From the NCBI GenBank assembly GCA_951406725.2, contig OX597814.1, forward strand, positions 40,796,001 through 40,860,000: a DNA stretch of 64,000 nucleotides, written 5' to 3'. Positions 39,838-54,169 of this stretch are shown here, piece by piece. The notes beneath the pieces are model-generated. The model worked only from the letters and a program-made list of their open reading frames with translations, searched no databases and was not told the origin of the DNA. Numbering within the stretch: position 1 is the first letter of the stretch; each line of letters opens with the position of its first letter. The position numbers were made by a program, and so were the translations under genes. Origin of the DNA: Octopus vulgaris (lineage: Eukaryota).

Positions 39838-41434
39838 CTACATATACATACTTATATACCGTGATCGACCACATTATCATTTGTTATTATTCATTGCTGG
39901 TCAGAATTCGATTTGCATCGTTTTAGCTTTCTGGTGATTCCATGGTTAACGAGCAGGTCACACACTATTTATACATCCTCAGATAAAATAACAAATATCG
40001 GAATCGGTGATATTTTAAAGATATTCAACACGTATCATAGGAATGGTACTTCGTGTTTATCTACATTTCTCTTGGCTTGCGTAATTCAAGCCTAGAATTT
40101 TGTTTAATGTTTTTCGCACAATTCTCTAGAAGCACATATGTTCGAATTGAGCTACTGTTACACAGGAATACGACAATCTGAATTGTAAATTTAACCAAGT
40201 TTACATTCCTGGAAAAATTATTGCAAGAAACCAATGTAGTAAGCTTCAAATGAAACAAATGTCAGTAAAAACATATAAATGTTATTGAAACATGTGTGAA
40301 TGATGGTGCACATATCACGCTTATAAGTAAAGATTAACAAGAAAATATTATAGCTGTATAATAATGCATAATTAAACCTAAAACAAAGGTTGAGATGCAT
40401 ATAAATTATTGTTATTAATTCCATAAGTAACTTCGATGGTTTGGTATAAAGACAAGTTTGTTATTTTAAGTTAAGACACTACACTCTGGTACAAAGCGTT
40501 TTACCAAGATTTATATTATCAGTAAATGTCTATAGTAAAATATCAATACATTAAAAGAAAATAGCAAACATAGTGTAAACATGATTGAAACTAGAATCGT
40601 CTGTAACAATTTGAATACATATGAAACTGACGCTAAATTAAAGAAGTGAACCACGAAGGTCAAGTTAAACAACATGATATGAAATATAATACAAAAAAGG
40701 TAAAATTGTATTGGCAAAAAGCACCTACTTGTCACATAAGCGACACGTTATAGCAGTCAAACGCTGAACCATTGATCACTACGACATTATTAAGTAAATA
40801 TTCAAAGAACATATGAATACAATAGAAAATATGCAAAGGAACTCAAACCAGTAACCACTAATCTTTCAAAAAACATATATTTCTCAAACCTCATATAAAT
40901 TTACCTGAGAACTGGGCCCATGATAAGAAAGAAGTCAATTTCGTATGAGAATTTTAATGTAGTTTAGGGTTTTGCTATTTCGTGAAGGTTGTCTGAAAGC
41001 AAAGCCTAGCATCGGTATTTCTTTGTCGCTATCAAGAATATTTCATGGTGTCTATAGGAGAGTGCCCGAGCGCGTGTGTGACAGGTGTGAATATGTAATA
41101 AACAGAATGTGGACATGAACAGTGTAGAAGGTGGAAAGCTTGCCGAAAGCAGCTACATGAATAGTTAACAGAAGAAATGTCGTAAAGCATCCACGTGGCA
41201 TTCAGGAGTCCCACAAATTTATGATCTATATACTCATTCCCATACGCACAAACACCATGTAGCACTTGACTGAAGACCAAGATTACCATATAATAACATA
41301 TGGCATATTACGCTGCGAAGTGGATTAATGCATCATGTTCTGGGCTTATTGCCATTGATTATCAGGAAGTCGTGTTTGAAATTTGAACAGTCACTCACAT
41401 ACACACACATATACATGTTCACTTGTAGACACAC

Positions 41435-41472
<38 letters not shown>

Positions 41473-42660
41473 ATGTATGTGTGTGTGTATGTGTGTGTGT
41501 GGTTCTTTATGTTTGTCTTGGTCTGAGTCGAAGTGGATACTTAATTTAGTAATCCGTAGAGGATAACTATGTAGATTTCTTTTAATTAGACTCTTATTTT
41601 AAAAGTGGTACAACGAACTTTTGATTGTAATTATCAAGTGCCAGTTTAGATTTAAAGCTGTATTTAGCTGTATCTAATTGGAAAGTATCTTTGATTGTTT
41701 AGTAAGCCACAAGTTTTAAGAATGTGTTCATATACAAGTTAAATGTAAATGTATACCTTTTAGGAAATAGAAGAAAGAAAATCTAACTTCAAATCTCGTG
41801 GAGATGAAGGTTTCTTTTCATCATTTCTCAGTGAATTGAACAAAGTATGTGTCAATGACAATGTACTTAGACAATTGTTAAAGATGTGGACGAATTTGTT
41901 TCGGCTGTATACTTTCTAAGTTCTTAGACGATAAAATTAAAATGCCTCGTCTTACTATTCATTGCAGATCTAGGTTAAGTGAAGTAGTTGCATTATGTTT
42001 GTTTTATGACTCAAATTTTAGCAAAAGAGCTGTTAGTGGATTCTAAATATAATACTGATAATAACGTTGGTTAACATAGTAGCAATGGTAGACACTAAAA
42101 GTTTCCTCTTCTTTTATGTGCCAGCTGCTCAACTACAATTTCGTACTCCACTAAAACATATATTTATTGAGAAATTTTAGCTCTAGCTAAACAATTTGAA
42201 AGCAGATGAGGACATGAAAGAATATACACATATACGAAAAATGTACCATGTGTTGCGCTTGCATATATTGGTCTTTCAAATGGAATATCTGAAAAATTAA
42301 GACATGGATCATAAAATACCAAGATTTTCTTTCACCATGAGCATTGTTAGGTTCATGGAAAATAGTATAACCAGAAACACACTAATGACTGTACTGCATA
42401 TACTTACTGCATATAATATATGTATAACATGCAGCAGAAAAAAAGGAAAATACATCTGTGTACAGTAATAACTAAGCATTATCAATTACATATTTTATAC
42501 AAATCTAAAAACCTCAGATACTATTGTTTATACTACTATCCATAACATGAGGTAGGTCAACAACTATACAACAAATTTTAAGTAGCTACCGTAATTCATT
42601 CAATCCTGCAGCCTTAATTTATATTGTTTGCCCTGTCATACATATTTCATTGTTCTTGCA

Positions 42661-42746
<86 letters not shown>

Positions 42747-43259
42747 CACTAATAAATGCAAGTTAAGAAAAAACATATTGAAAATACATCACAAAATGAG
42801 TATAGAGGAACATAGGAATACACCTGAATAATATGACATTAGATTTTCAAATTTGTGCAGCGTTTGATGTTGTGTCACAATAATAGCCGTTCTTATGAAT
42901 ATTTTGTAAGTAGGAAGGGAGATCATGTTGCTATTCCTTAACTTACATGTTGTTTAGTCGACTTTCATATATTACGTTCCTTAGATAGTCGATCGAGATT
43001 GTCACAACTGAGATTTTCTCTATTGAATCGGTAAACGATAATTGTTTACTTACAAGTTTCATAAATAATTATTATTCTCTCGAAGAGTAATGCAGTCAAT
43101 TAATGCTAGTTCCCTCTAACTGAACATCTTAAAACATATACCTTCTTCGTTAAAAATGTTTGGGATAAGATAACGCAGTTATCGTACTGCTACACGAGTT
43201 TTTGGAATCATTCAAAGTATACATTTTTCAATTAGCTGTGGGAAAAAGATAATTATGTA

Positions 43260-43655
43260 TTACAGATATCTTTATAGCCTTTCAGCAGTGGCTTGTATTT
43301 TTTAGTAAACGAGGTTTTCTTATTCATTCTTGTTTGATCAGGAGTATTGTCAGTACATTCATAGTATGGGAAGGCAAGGAGTTTGGGGAGGATTCATTTT
43401 ACAGTAAGTACTCAGATGTTCACCATGTGGAAATACGTTCGCGTTTGGATCAGGTATGTGTTGGCGATGAATATTTAACCAGAATCTATAAGTGTGTTTC
43501 ATTTGTTCAATATATCCATTGCATTTGATGGTATATATTAATTTCTTCGAAGAGTATATAAAAGGGTTTCTCCCAGCAAAAGCTTATCCTGATGTAAATT
43601 TGTAAGTTGTGTCCTCAAAAAGGTTTTCACAATTTCTACAAATGGATCGTCCATA
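43260..43655 (-). mobile_element. PLE GIY-YIG endonuclease remnant
   Basis: LIYTIKCNG-YIEQMK..HRQHIPDP..EHLSTYC..FPYYEC..KYKPLL is homologous to ORF 54578-54934. Confidence 0.8.
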
Positions 43656-43659
43656 GCAT

Positions 43660-44129
43660 TTTACTCATTACTTGTTTTTCCAAAATGCAACATAGATGTT
43701 CAATAATATTGACATCTGGTGACTGCGGTGGCCAGATAATTTAGTAACAAATTTAGTTGTGTGAATCGGTGTATTATCATCCTGAAAGATTGCGTTTCCC
43801 TCCGGCAACAGTTCCGCAAACATAGGATGAATTTGATCAGATAAAATGCTTAAATAAGCTTCACTATTAATTCTGCTATGAAGGGAAAACATTGGACCGG
43901 TGGATTCCCAAGATATAGCCCTCCAGATCATCACAGATCTTCCTCCATGTTTAACAGTTTGAAGAATGCAGTGTGGCTCAAATGCTTCTTTTCGCTAACA
44001 AAACACTACATGAAGCAGCACTAAGGATAACTCAAAAAACAAATATAAATAAGCTTTGATGGTGTTATAGATATTTGAAAATTATAATGCTTTGATGCTA
44101 GGTACTGCCATTATGTTGACCAACCCCTG
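43660..44129 (-). mobile_element. Tc1-like (DD34E) transposon remnant, deleted
   Basis: MMIWRAISW, YLSIL, IFQDDNTPIH and WPPQSPDVNIIE; CAGGGGTTGG terminus at 44120-44129. Confidence 0.85.
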
Positions 44130-44157
44130 AATATATATATGTATATATACATACATG

Positions 44158-44200
<43 letters not shown>

Positions 44201-45089
44201 GTATATGTATACATACATATTTTTACATATATATATGTACATACATAATACATACATACATTGCTACATACACACTAATATGTTTGCATTTTCTTGAATG
44301 TGTAATGCGAAAGTTTATTAATTAAAAGGATTCGTGCATTTTAATGCTTTAATTTGGATATTAGTTCCCATACTCATTTTCTTCATCAGATCCCTGTGAC
44401 TAGAGGCAGAATAACATTCAAATCATTCATATGTTCAAAGAATTAAAGTAGATAATCAGGTTGAGCGGAAGTAGCGAAGAGGGAATAGCGGTTGTAGAGT
44501 ACTGAGACTGAGCCGAAAATTTAGATGTAAGTATATCTTATTTAGCAATACAAAATTATAAAGATTACAAGTTATAAATATCATTATTACAAAAAAAAAA
44601 AAAAAAGGTTTGGAACAAATATGACAAGGGTTTTCGAAATGTATACAAATATCTTTAAACGAACTGAGCAAATTCTCTTAGTTCAAACTTTACCAAGGTG
44701 TTCAAGTTGATATTTCCTTCATAAACATAGAAGTCCATCGTAATGAATAGCACAGGAAAAGAATTTGTTCGTTTTACATCTCTTGGATATTCAATATTTG
44801 TAATTCTATGTACATATATTTAATATTTTTAGAAAAATATATATACCAAGAAATGCGTTCTTCGAATTGGTTACTTTGTTATATTCTGTTTTAAACACAA
44901 GCAAAACACACACAACCACACTTTTATACTCTCGCATACATAGCGATATTGAATACTTATACGATTTGTCTGATAATTATTACCTGCAGCTTCGAACGAT
45001 TTGCAAATTTTCTGCTGCGTAGCTGGAAAGCAAAGTCTAATGTCACTGGAAGATATTGCATTTATTTTATAGCATTCACATATAGTGGC

Positions 45090-45461
45090 ACTTCGTCGCT
45101 TACGACGACGTGTGCTCTAGTTAATCCGATCAACAGAACAGTTTGCTCATGAAATTCATGTGCCAGTGGCTGAGCATTCCACAGACATGTGTATCCTAAA
45201 TGTGGTTCTTGGGGAGATTCAGCGTGATGCAGCGCGTGGCAAGGCTGGCGCTTTGAAATACATGTATAGCAGAAACAGGAAAGAGTGAGAGAAAGTTGTG
45301 GTGAAAGAGTACTACAGGGTTCGTCACCACCCCCTGCTTGATCCTCATGGAGCTTTAGGTATTTTCAAACAATATACACCCACAACACCCAGTCTGGGAA
45401 TCGAAAAATAGATCCTACGAACGCGAACCGGCTGCACTAACCACTGAGCCATTGCGTCTCC
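45090..45461 (-). mobile_element. tRNA-derived SINE with a family 1 head/body and a family 2 tail
   Basis: 45275-45461 matches 355-535; 45144-45262 matches 17170-17282. Confidence 0.82.
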
Positions 45462-45984
45462 GTTCACTTTTAGTATAATTATACTGAACACATTGTATAT
45501 GCCAGCATAGAGTGTATCAAATATTTTACAGACAGTACTGGAAACAGGAAAATGATTTTAGGTTTTATTGATTTACACGGATGAAAAGAATGTCAATTAT
45601 TCATTTTGAAAATATATTTCAAATGTATAATGCTATGTACATTTTATCTATAAAATTAGATAGCATTAGTTTATAACAATTTTGAGTCTTTCTGAACAAG
45701 AAATTCTTAATCTCATAGTGTTCAACATATATCTTCAGTCCGATGATTATTTCTATTCTTTGAGATATAATAGTGAAATGGTTAGAAGGAGTCATTTCAA
45801 CTTATAAAACGATAATGATAGTCCTATTGCATAGAAACCACACTTGCATATTTTGTACAAAGCGGTATATTTTGCAATAGGTGTGAAAAATATTATGACG
45901 TTATTTTGTCCAAATAATAATTATATCCAATCAAGCGAAGGTATTCTTACAGAAATCAGAAATAAATATTTTGTTGAATTACTT

Positions 45985-46053
<69 letters not shown>

Positions 46054-46172
46054 TCGATGTGGTTGTCCCAGTCACTTCTAATATAACACTCTTTTTTACT
46101 CTGTATATTGCATGTCCCAATAGAAAATATATCGATCCGTATTTGTTTTTAAATATCTAAAATATTTTACAT

Positions 46173-46224
<52 letters not shown>

Positions 46225-47861
46225 TATATATTACAGAATCTTATGTCAATATATCCGAATGAGAGCTAGATGAATTTTATACAAAATTACCTTTCATTCA
46301 ATGCACATCAAATGTTCAAATACAAGAAGTAATACGGTCATGTGGGAATGATTCAAGTAGATATTTGTACCGATCGACACTACTCTACAAATTTCTTATT
46401 TCATTATCTTACTGTTCTTTGAAGTATATTTTCAAAAGTTTGTGCATATAAAAAACCATATGCAAGAAGGCAGTAGCAGTACATAAACGTAAAATGATAT
46501 TGTTTGGGGAAATGATGTCACACACGTATAAGTATATATATATATGTATATATAGAAAATAGTAAAATATATATGATTGTCACTAATTGTGACAAAGAGT
46601 GTAGGGTACCACATACATTGCTAGAAATAAGAGGAAAAGAACCTTCGCGAAAACAAAGCACGTGTCTATGTCCTGACAGTAGAGTTAACCGCCCCACAGT
46701 GTGCTAGAAACGTAGTTTCACTTGAAGTGAAAGCCCCTCAATTATGGCCACTGTCACTGAATAGTTTGGCGAAATTCCAACTCTTAATCTATACTATTTA
46801 CCAATTGAATCAGTGGCTGGTTCACCAAAATGTTGATGGGAAAGTCATAAGACAACGAGGGCGTCTATAAGTGCGAAATTCCTATAATGAGCAAAAACAT
46901 CCTTGGGAACTCGAACATAATATATTACACTGGGCAAACCAAAAAAAATATCTGCTATCCAGACAAATGGTGGGGTACTAAACTAATTCGAGTACGCTGA
47001 TTCCGAATCTGAACTCAGCATTTTGAGTTATGCGCATAAATATATATTAATGCTTTATTAGAATAAGAAATGAATAAGTTCAAGGTAAATAATTATTAAT
47101 GCAAATAATATAATATAATGGTAATAGTATATTTATGTCAAGACAATACTCAATTTATTTTTGATATGCTCAGCTCAGATATTTTTTGAGACGCTTGCTC
47201 TTATGCTTATGCGTCTTGCTGGTCTCCTGTTGGAGGAACTAGTGGTAGTCACACATTATGCGTGGATTGAACCGTCTTTGAAACCCCGTTTCCATCTCAG
47301 ATATGTCTTGGTGGAATCACTCACAATGATCATCACTAATAGCACCAAAATTCATTGAAAAATAATCGGGATGAAGATGCAATAAGTGCTTTTTAAAGGA
47401 CATTCAACACCCCGTTCTTTCATATGCTGTTAGCATGTTCTTCATTAAATGGGCACAGTTTTCAGATCCATAATTTAAAATAAATTTTTGTATAACTAAT
47501 ACAGATGAATCCCATGCTATCAGCTAAACCGGATTCAGTTTACCTCTGATGTCGGGTCTAATGAAAATGTTTGCTTTCAATCTTGCGTCACTTTTCTCTG
47601 AACCATGATCTAAAACCATCAACACAGTTAAAATACTATACCACACGTGACGACAGCGCAAGTGACACTGAGAATTACAAGGAACAAGCTGACGTAGTTG
47701 GCATTGCACGCAAAACGTCAGCGCCTGCTATTACTAAACTAAATAATGAAATTCTCATTGTTTGTTTTACTGGTGTTATTTCTTTAATTTTGAGTTAAGA
47801 CCTCTTTCATATTACCAAATTTTACGTGGCCCTTATCTAGCGAAAAGTATACTTATAACCT

Positions 47862-47873
47862 TGCGCATGCGCA
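47862..47873. promoter_or_regulatory. Perfect NRF1/EWG-type palindrome TGCGCATGCGCA in CpG-retaining, apparently unique sequence
   Basis: Direct motif match, with CACGTG boxes at 47644-47649 and 47916-47921; function not demonstrated. Confidence 0.3.
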
Positions 47874-48315
47874 TAAGTCAAAATCATGAGTTGCTAGCTT
47901 GCTTGTGTCCACACGCACGTGTGTGGTTTTGTGCGTGTTTTTGTTTGTGCGTGACTCTGCTCGAAATGATAATGCGTAAGTCCTTGTTATTTTGTGCGCG
48001 TGTGTGTGAGCGTCTGCACACATGCATGTGTAAGCGGTCTGGCAGATATTTTGAAAATGTAATTTTCTATTTGCATGTATAGGTTTCTTCTATTTTCTCT
48101 TTGTGTGCATTTATTCACCAAGAGCCGATATGAGAGGGTCTGTGAAGGCTGCTCTAACGTAGTATTCGATGTTGTATAAAAGCATCCATGTAGAGAAGGA
48201 TATGTGTGTGGGAGTGTTTCTATATATGTTTATATGTATGTAAGCATGTAAGTTTGTATCTGTGTAGAGGTGGATATATATGTGTGTATGTATGGATATA
48301 TCTACGTATGAACGC

Positions 48316-48357
<42 letters not shown>

Positions 48358-48366
48358 GTGTGTGTA

Positions 48367-48426
<60 letters not shown>

Positions 48427-48830
48427 CATGTGTACGTGTATGTATATATGTGTGTATGTGTCTGTGTGTCTACATACATTTTTAAACAATTAGGAGAATA
48501 AATGAGAGAAGTATTACAACACTGGACATGAGATAATTAGTTGTATATTTTCCAAATATATCCCATTTATATATCACATTATATTTTACTGTGATTACTG
48601 ACAAGGAATAGAGTTTGTTATCGAGAGGAATCCTTATTTCTAGACTTCATGCGAACAGTATTTCTATGTTTATTTGCTATTCGTCAAAATTATCTCGTTT
48701 AAGTATTAATGCATTTCCTTATTTCTCTAAAAGATGTATCCTCTGTAAATTTTATTTAGGAAGGGAAATTTAACTTTCTAATTATACAATTTGCGTTTTC
48801 TCTATATCCACACCTTAATTTCATTTGTTC

Positions 48831-48883
<53 letters not shown>

Positions 48884-49193
48884 TAAGTGTGTATGTATGT
48901 AAATAACGAAAAATGTTGCATTCGCTTTAATATATCTTCGGGGAGCAAAACTTGAAGTTTCTGCAGTTGATGCAATGTTCACAAATTTGATTTGCTAAAT
49001 AAATTAAAATGAAAATAGTTGTTTTTCTTTTTAATGCTCACGGAATACCATAAAGTTATGTGGAAACGTAATCCAATTTTTCTTTGAAATAACATTCCGT
49101 CCGTATTCGTGGCTTCGTAATTTGTATACGAATTTTATGTATGCATGCATCTACGTATAAACCTATTTCTGTTGGTATACGTGTCTGTATGTA

Positions 49194-49253
<60 letters not shown>

Positions 49254-49300
49254 CATATATATATATATATAATATATATATATATGTATATATATATATA

Positions 49301-49345
<45 letters not shown>

Positions 49346-49387
49346 GATTATACATGTATATATACAGACAAATATATACATATATAC

Positions 49388-49425
<38 letters not shown>

Positions 49426-50101
49426 TCACACACACACACACATATATACATTTCATATATATGTACAAAAATACAACTACACGCACATACACACACATAG
49501 ACACATAGCACGAGAAATCTGTTTATTTTAGTGTTTTGTGAACTTGCTCTGAGCGACTTGAATAAATATGTATTCTTACATTTTTCATACTTATTGTTTG
49601 TGATGTGTCAAAATTATGTCTACTAAGAAAATATGCGCATATAAAATCGTATAATCTAAATATACCGTGAAAGAGTTGTTTTAGATTATATCTAAAGTGT
49701 GTAAATATTGCTATCTTTTTAGTCAGATGACTACGGCCAAGCTGAGGTTTTAATTTCTTGAATTTTATTTACAAAATCTCCGATCATTTTGCGGTTTATC
49801 CTTTTTTCTAGTTAAAGCTACGTTACCGGATTTTTTTAGATATATAGTAGTTGAGGATACAAATATACAAGCAGGCGTGACACATCAGTGCACGCACTCA
49901 CACACATATACACGCATTTCACACACACACACGCGTACACCTACAGGCACACACACACGAAATATATGGTGGCCAGAATTCGCATGTGTGAAAATCACGG
50001 CTAGAAAAACACCGAGTTAGTTTATAAAAGTTCGTTTGACTACGAAATCGGTAACATTTTTGGATATAGACATATATTAAGTATCAATATCATTATAATT
50101 A

Positions 50102-50149
<48 letters not shown>

Positions 50150-50159
50150 CATATGTATG

Positions 50160-50209
<50 letters not shown>

Positions 50210-50211
50210 CA

Positions 50212-50253
<42 letters not shown>

Positions 50254-50275
50254 CATACACACACACACACACACA

Positions 50276-50354
<79 letters not shown>

Positions 50355-50829
50355 ATATATCATATGTATGAATATATATATCAAGGCAGGAAATTGAGAA
50401 ATCGATGAATATTGTATGCAGCTTTGTTAAATCTTTGCTTGTAACAGGTAAACACAGAAAGACAATTGCTCACCCCGCAGGAAAACATAATTGTTTAATA
50501 ATTATATTGATCGGAATTAAGTACTTTACTCTCAGAAGAAATTCTATGCATATAAGGCTAAGCTATCTAAAATTTTCACGAGGTAGACTATTTTTCCTTA
50601 TATTTGCTCTGTCCACACTTAAAGCTGATAAAACCATGTAAGACATTGCGCGTTAAAAATATTTCTTTCCTATCCTGATTAATACGTCTCCAACCTGTCC
50701 ACACTTACAGCAATACAACGAACAGTTCTCTTACTTTCTTTCTTTCTTTTTTCTTCCTTTCTTTTTTTCTTTCTTTCTTTCTTTCTTTTTTTCTCTTTGT
50801 CTCCTTATCTGAATCTGTCTGTAAATATA

Positions 50830-53345
50830 TATAGGAGAAAACGGCAGACGAGGGATGTCTCGAAATTGTATGCCTGCAGAGTTGAAGCCTGGCAATGATC
50901 GGAACAGGTGCAAGCCAAATAACATTATAACGGCAGATCTAAAGGGGATTGTCTACATAATTACCACAACTCAGACAGAGCGGAAAAAATAAGAATTCAT
51001 CGGCTCCTATGTTCTCATAAAATCCCACATAGTCATTCTTGACAACATCTTTGTACAGAAAGGCAAACTTGATAACAAGGATGGAGACAGTGATGTGAAT
51101 GACAAATGTCTTCCTGACTCAGCTGATTCACAAGGGAGCATACATGAAACAATAATTGAGAGACCCGCTAAGAAAGAAGACACCAGAGCAGAGCTGATGG
51201 CCCTATCACCGTCAATGTCAACAACCATTAAGACGGAAGAGCTAAAAAACAAAGCGCTAACGAATGAAAACAGGTTGATTAGACTAAGAGCTAAGAAACG
51301 ATAAAATGTTAGCCAGAAGTAAAACAACGAAAAACGAAACAAGTCAGACAATCAATACGCGAAGAAACAAATAGCTAGGAGGCGCCGACTAGTGTGTAAA
51401 TTCTACCTTGTGAGGTGACTATTGACATAAAGATGACGTTGCAAGCAGCTGCTTCCTACACCCAAAAACCATCCCACAGGCAGACCAATGGCAGTAGCAT
51501 CCTTATAAATCGACCAAAATACAAAGGAAGAAACATTGTCTCATCTGCATGTAAACTAAAATATGCTGATGTAACGCACACTACCTCTAAAGACCATATA
51601 GAAGCCGTCGTATGGGTTGCTGCTGTGGAACAATATTTGTTAAGCATGACACAAAAATATTGTCCAACAACTGTTCTGCCACATCAATACCAGAGTCGGA
51701 TCAATCTCCACCGACACACAAGACTCCTCAAACCAATAGATCATGGGGTTGGGCACCTCTGACCTCAGCACAGATGTTGCACCATAATACTCTATAAAAC
51801 TTATAGGACTGTTACATCTCAACAAAAGAAACGAAATTACCTTCCTGAGATACCTTGTGGCATGCAGTTCTGACTTATACATAATGCTCACCGAAACGCA
51901 CCTAAAACTCGACATCACAGATGCAGACATACGTTTATAAGATTCTGTTGTATTACAAAGCGGCAGAAAAGACAGGAGCCATGGTTTAGTTGCAACGGAC
52001 ATCCGTGAAGGTTTCACGTCCCATATTCTTTTCTTACACTCAAATGCAGTGTGTGATACACTAATTGTACATATAAGGCAACTCGGTATAGTTATCTATG
52101 CACAAAGATGCATTTACACCCAAAAAAAACACACACACACATATACTCCTTATCGTCCATCAGATGCGCCAAATCTTACGGGCTTATGCGAAAACTTCCT
52201 TGTAGAAGTCTTAACCAAACTAGAACAGCACATCATTGTACTTCTCACACAATGTTGGATGCCTGAATAACTTTGCCTCACAGAAATGACGTGATGTGAG
52301 TAATATCAGGTGGAATCCATGCTTAAACTCACTATGTCATACCTATAGCTAGTAATACTCCAACTGACTATGGCAAACTTTATACTTGATCTCTTCTTCA
52401 CAAACAGCAGGTATCTTATCCATAATTTGAAAGAGAAACGGACACTGGTCTCGAATCAGATAATAATAGAGCTGACCATATGTAGAGACCAAAGGAACAC
52501 ACAGGAAATCAGACAATGAGACGTACCCAAAATCTAACCATTCTTAACTACCACAAATCAGATTGGAAATCAACAAGGAAAGAGGTCACCAAACAGAACA
52601 GATTCCGATGTCTCTCCACATCTGACATCGACATGGAATTGAAAACTTTCATGTCTATTTTGCAAGCCACATGCAACAATTCCCTGGGAAAATAAGTTTT
52701 CTTATGAAACGGCGTACAAACCGCCTCAAGAGAGAGCTCAACCGCAGTGAAAATTATCTCCTGGAAACAACAATGCTGGAGATTTTGAAACACCTGAGTG
52801 GCTTCCATGAAAAAGAAAGAGCAGAAAGAGAATTAGGACAAATACAAAATCAAAAAGAAAAGCCTTATACAAAAGTACTTATAAGCCAAGGAAACTGCTG
52901 CATACGTTCCAAGGTAGGTTTACTCCTAAAACAAAAATGTTTCCTTAACATTCAACCCACACTTACGACACATACGATCTAGCAAACCTATAAATTTCTT
53001 TACCACTACAGAAGAAGAAAAGGTGGCATTGACAATTGATTACATCAACATCAAAGAAGATATAATACTGGAAATAGTTGACATATGCACAAAGTCAGCC
53101 GCTGGCCCCGATAGATTCCCAACAACCCCGATGGATTTCTGATAGTCTTTCGCAAGTCATGTAAACGAGCCCCTGTAAAACCACTGAAACTTCTGCACAT
53201 GGTAAGCTCCTGGGCAAACTGAATGAGGGAAGTATATGCCCTATTTATAAGAGAGAAGGCAGATCATATGCTGCAGGCTAAATGTCAATCTCTCTCAATT
53301 CACACATCAGCAAAGTCAACGGACGAAGTGTCCGAAGGAAATTAG
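50830..53345 (+). mobile_element. Degraded CR1-group LINE (ORF1 remnant, APE, start of RT)
   Basis: CKFYL..CFLHPK Cys/His remnant, IMLTETHL, YRP, ILDLFFTN, KSAAGPD and ISLNSHISKV; similar to 1935-3400. Confidence 0.8.
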
Positions 53346-53647
53346 TTTGCTGCTTTGCCTTTTACTCTGACTAGTGATTTGCCCATGCATCTCCAATAAA
53401 TGATCTTCAGCCAGTTTGGAGTATGTTGCACTATAAACAACAGCATTGAACATACAATAAGATCAATCACAAAGAGTCATAGAAAGGAGAATGTTGTTGA
53501 AGACTAGCAAAATTGTTACGTGGAGAAACAAGTTTATGCGAATAGGTTTAGTGGATAGGAAATAACAACACTGAAATGTTCTTTCATATATGTTTAGAAG
53601 GTAGAACAATAAGTGCTATATGAAATAGACAGAATTGACACCACGTA

Positions 53648-53664
<17 letters not shown>

Positions 53665-53685
<21 letters not shown>

Positions 53686-54130
53686 GAGTGAGATCTTTAA
53701 CACAGTTATGTGTATTTGAAAAAAGAAAAAGAAAGATTTCACTGGTATTTGTAATCGGTTTAAGTTATTATTTAAAAGAAAAAATTGTACTAATATACAT
53801 TTTGCACTTTTGTTCGTAGATCTAGTAAGTCAATTAGAGATTTAAAAATAAAAAAAATTCCTTGGTATCTTTTCTGGAGATTATCGCTTTCGTTGTCAAA
53901 CAGATCTGAAGGTTTGGAGCATTTTGATTATATATATGCGATGCGAGTGTGTTTCGGGTGAGGATGGGGCTTGTTAGTCAGTGTGGAAGGTAAAGAATGT
54001 TAATGCATGATAGCTGAAAGAAAGTACTGAATAGTCAACACAAGTTATTTGATTGGGTGTGGAGTTGGGAGTTGATGGGATTCTTTATTCAAACGTTCTT
54101 GTGGAGAGATTGTGTCTTTGCATATCATAA
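53665..54130 (-). mobile_element. Inverted 3' end of the adjacent PLE family
   Basis: The reverse complement of 54081-54119, AAAGACACAATCTCTCCACAAGAACGTTTGAATAAAGAA, matches 54848-54886. Confidence 0.65.
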
Positions 54131-54169
54131 TAAATATCCCTTTCTATTTGGCAAAATGGTTTTGCATAA

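Noticed and set aside
43260-43580. Minus-strand frame interrupted by one TGA (YCK*ILP), first considered a host exon or selenocysteine read-through
   Set aside because: It is a decayed PLE GIY-YIG domain homologous to 54578-54934, with other degenerate positions; no SECIS was seen.
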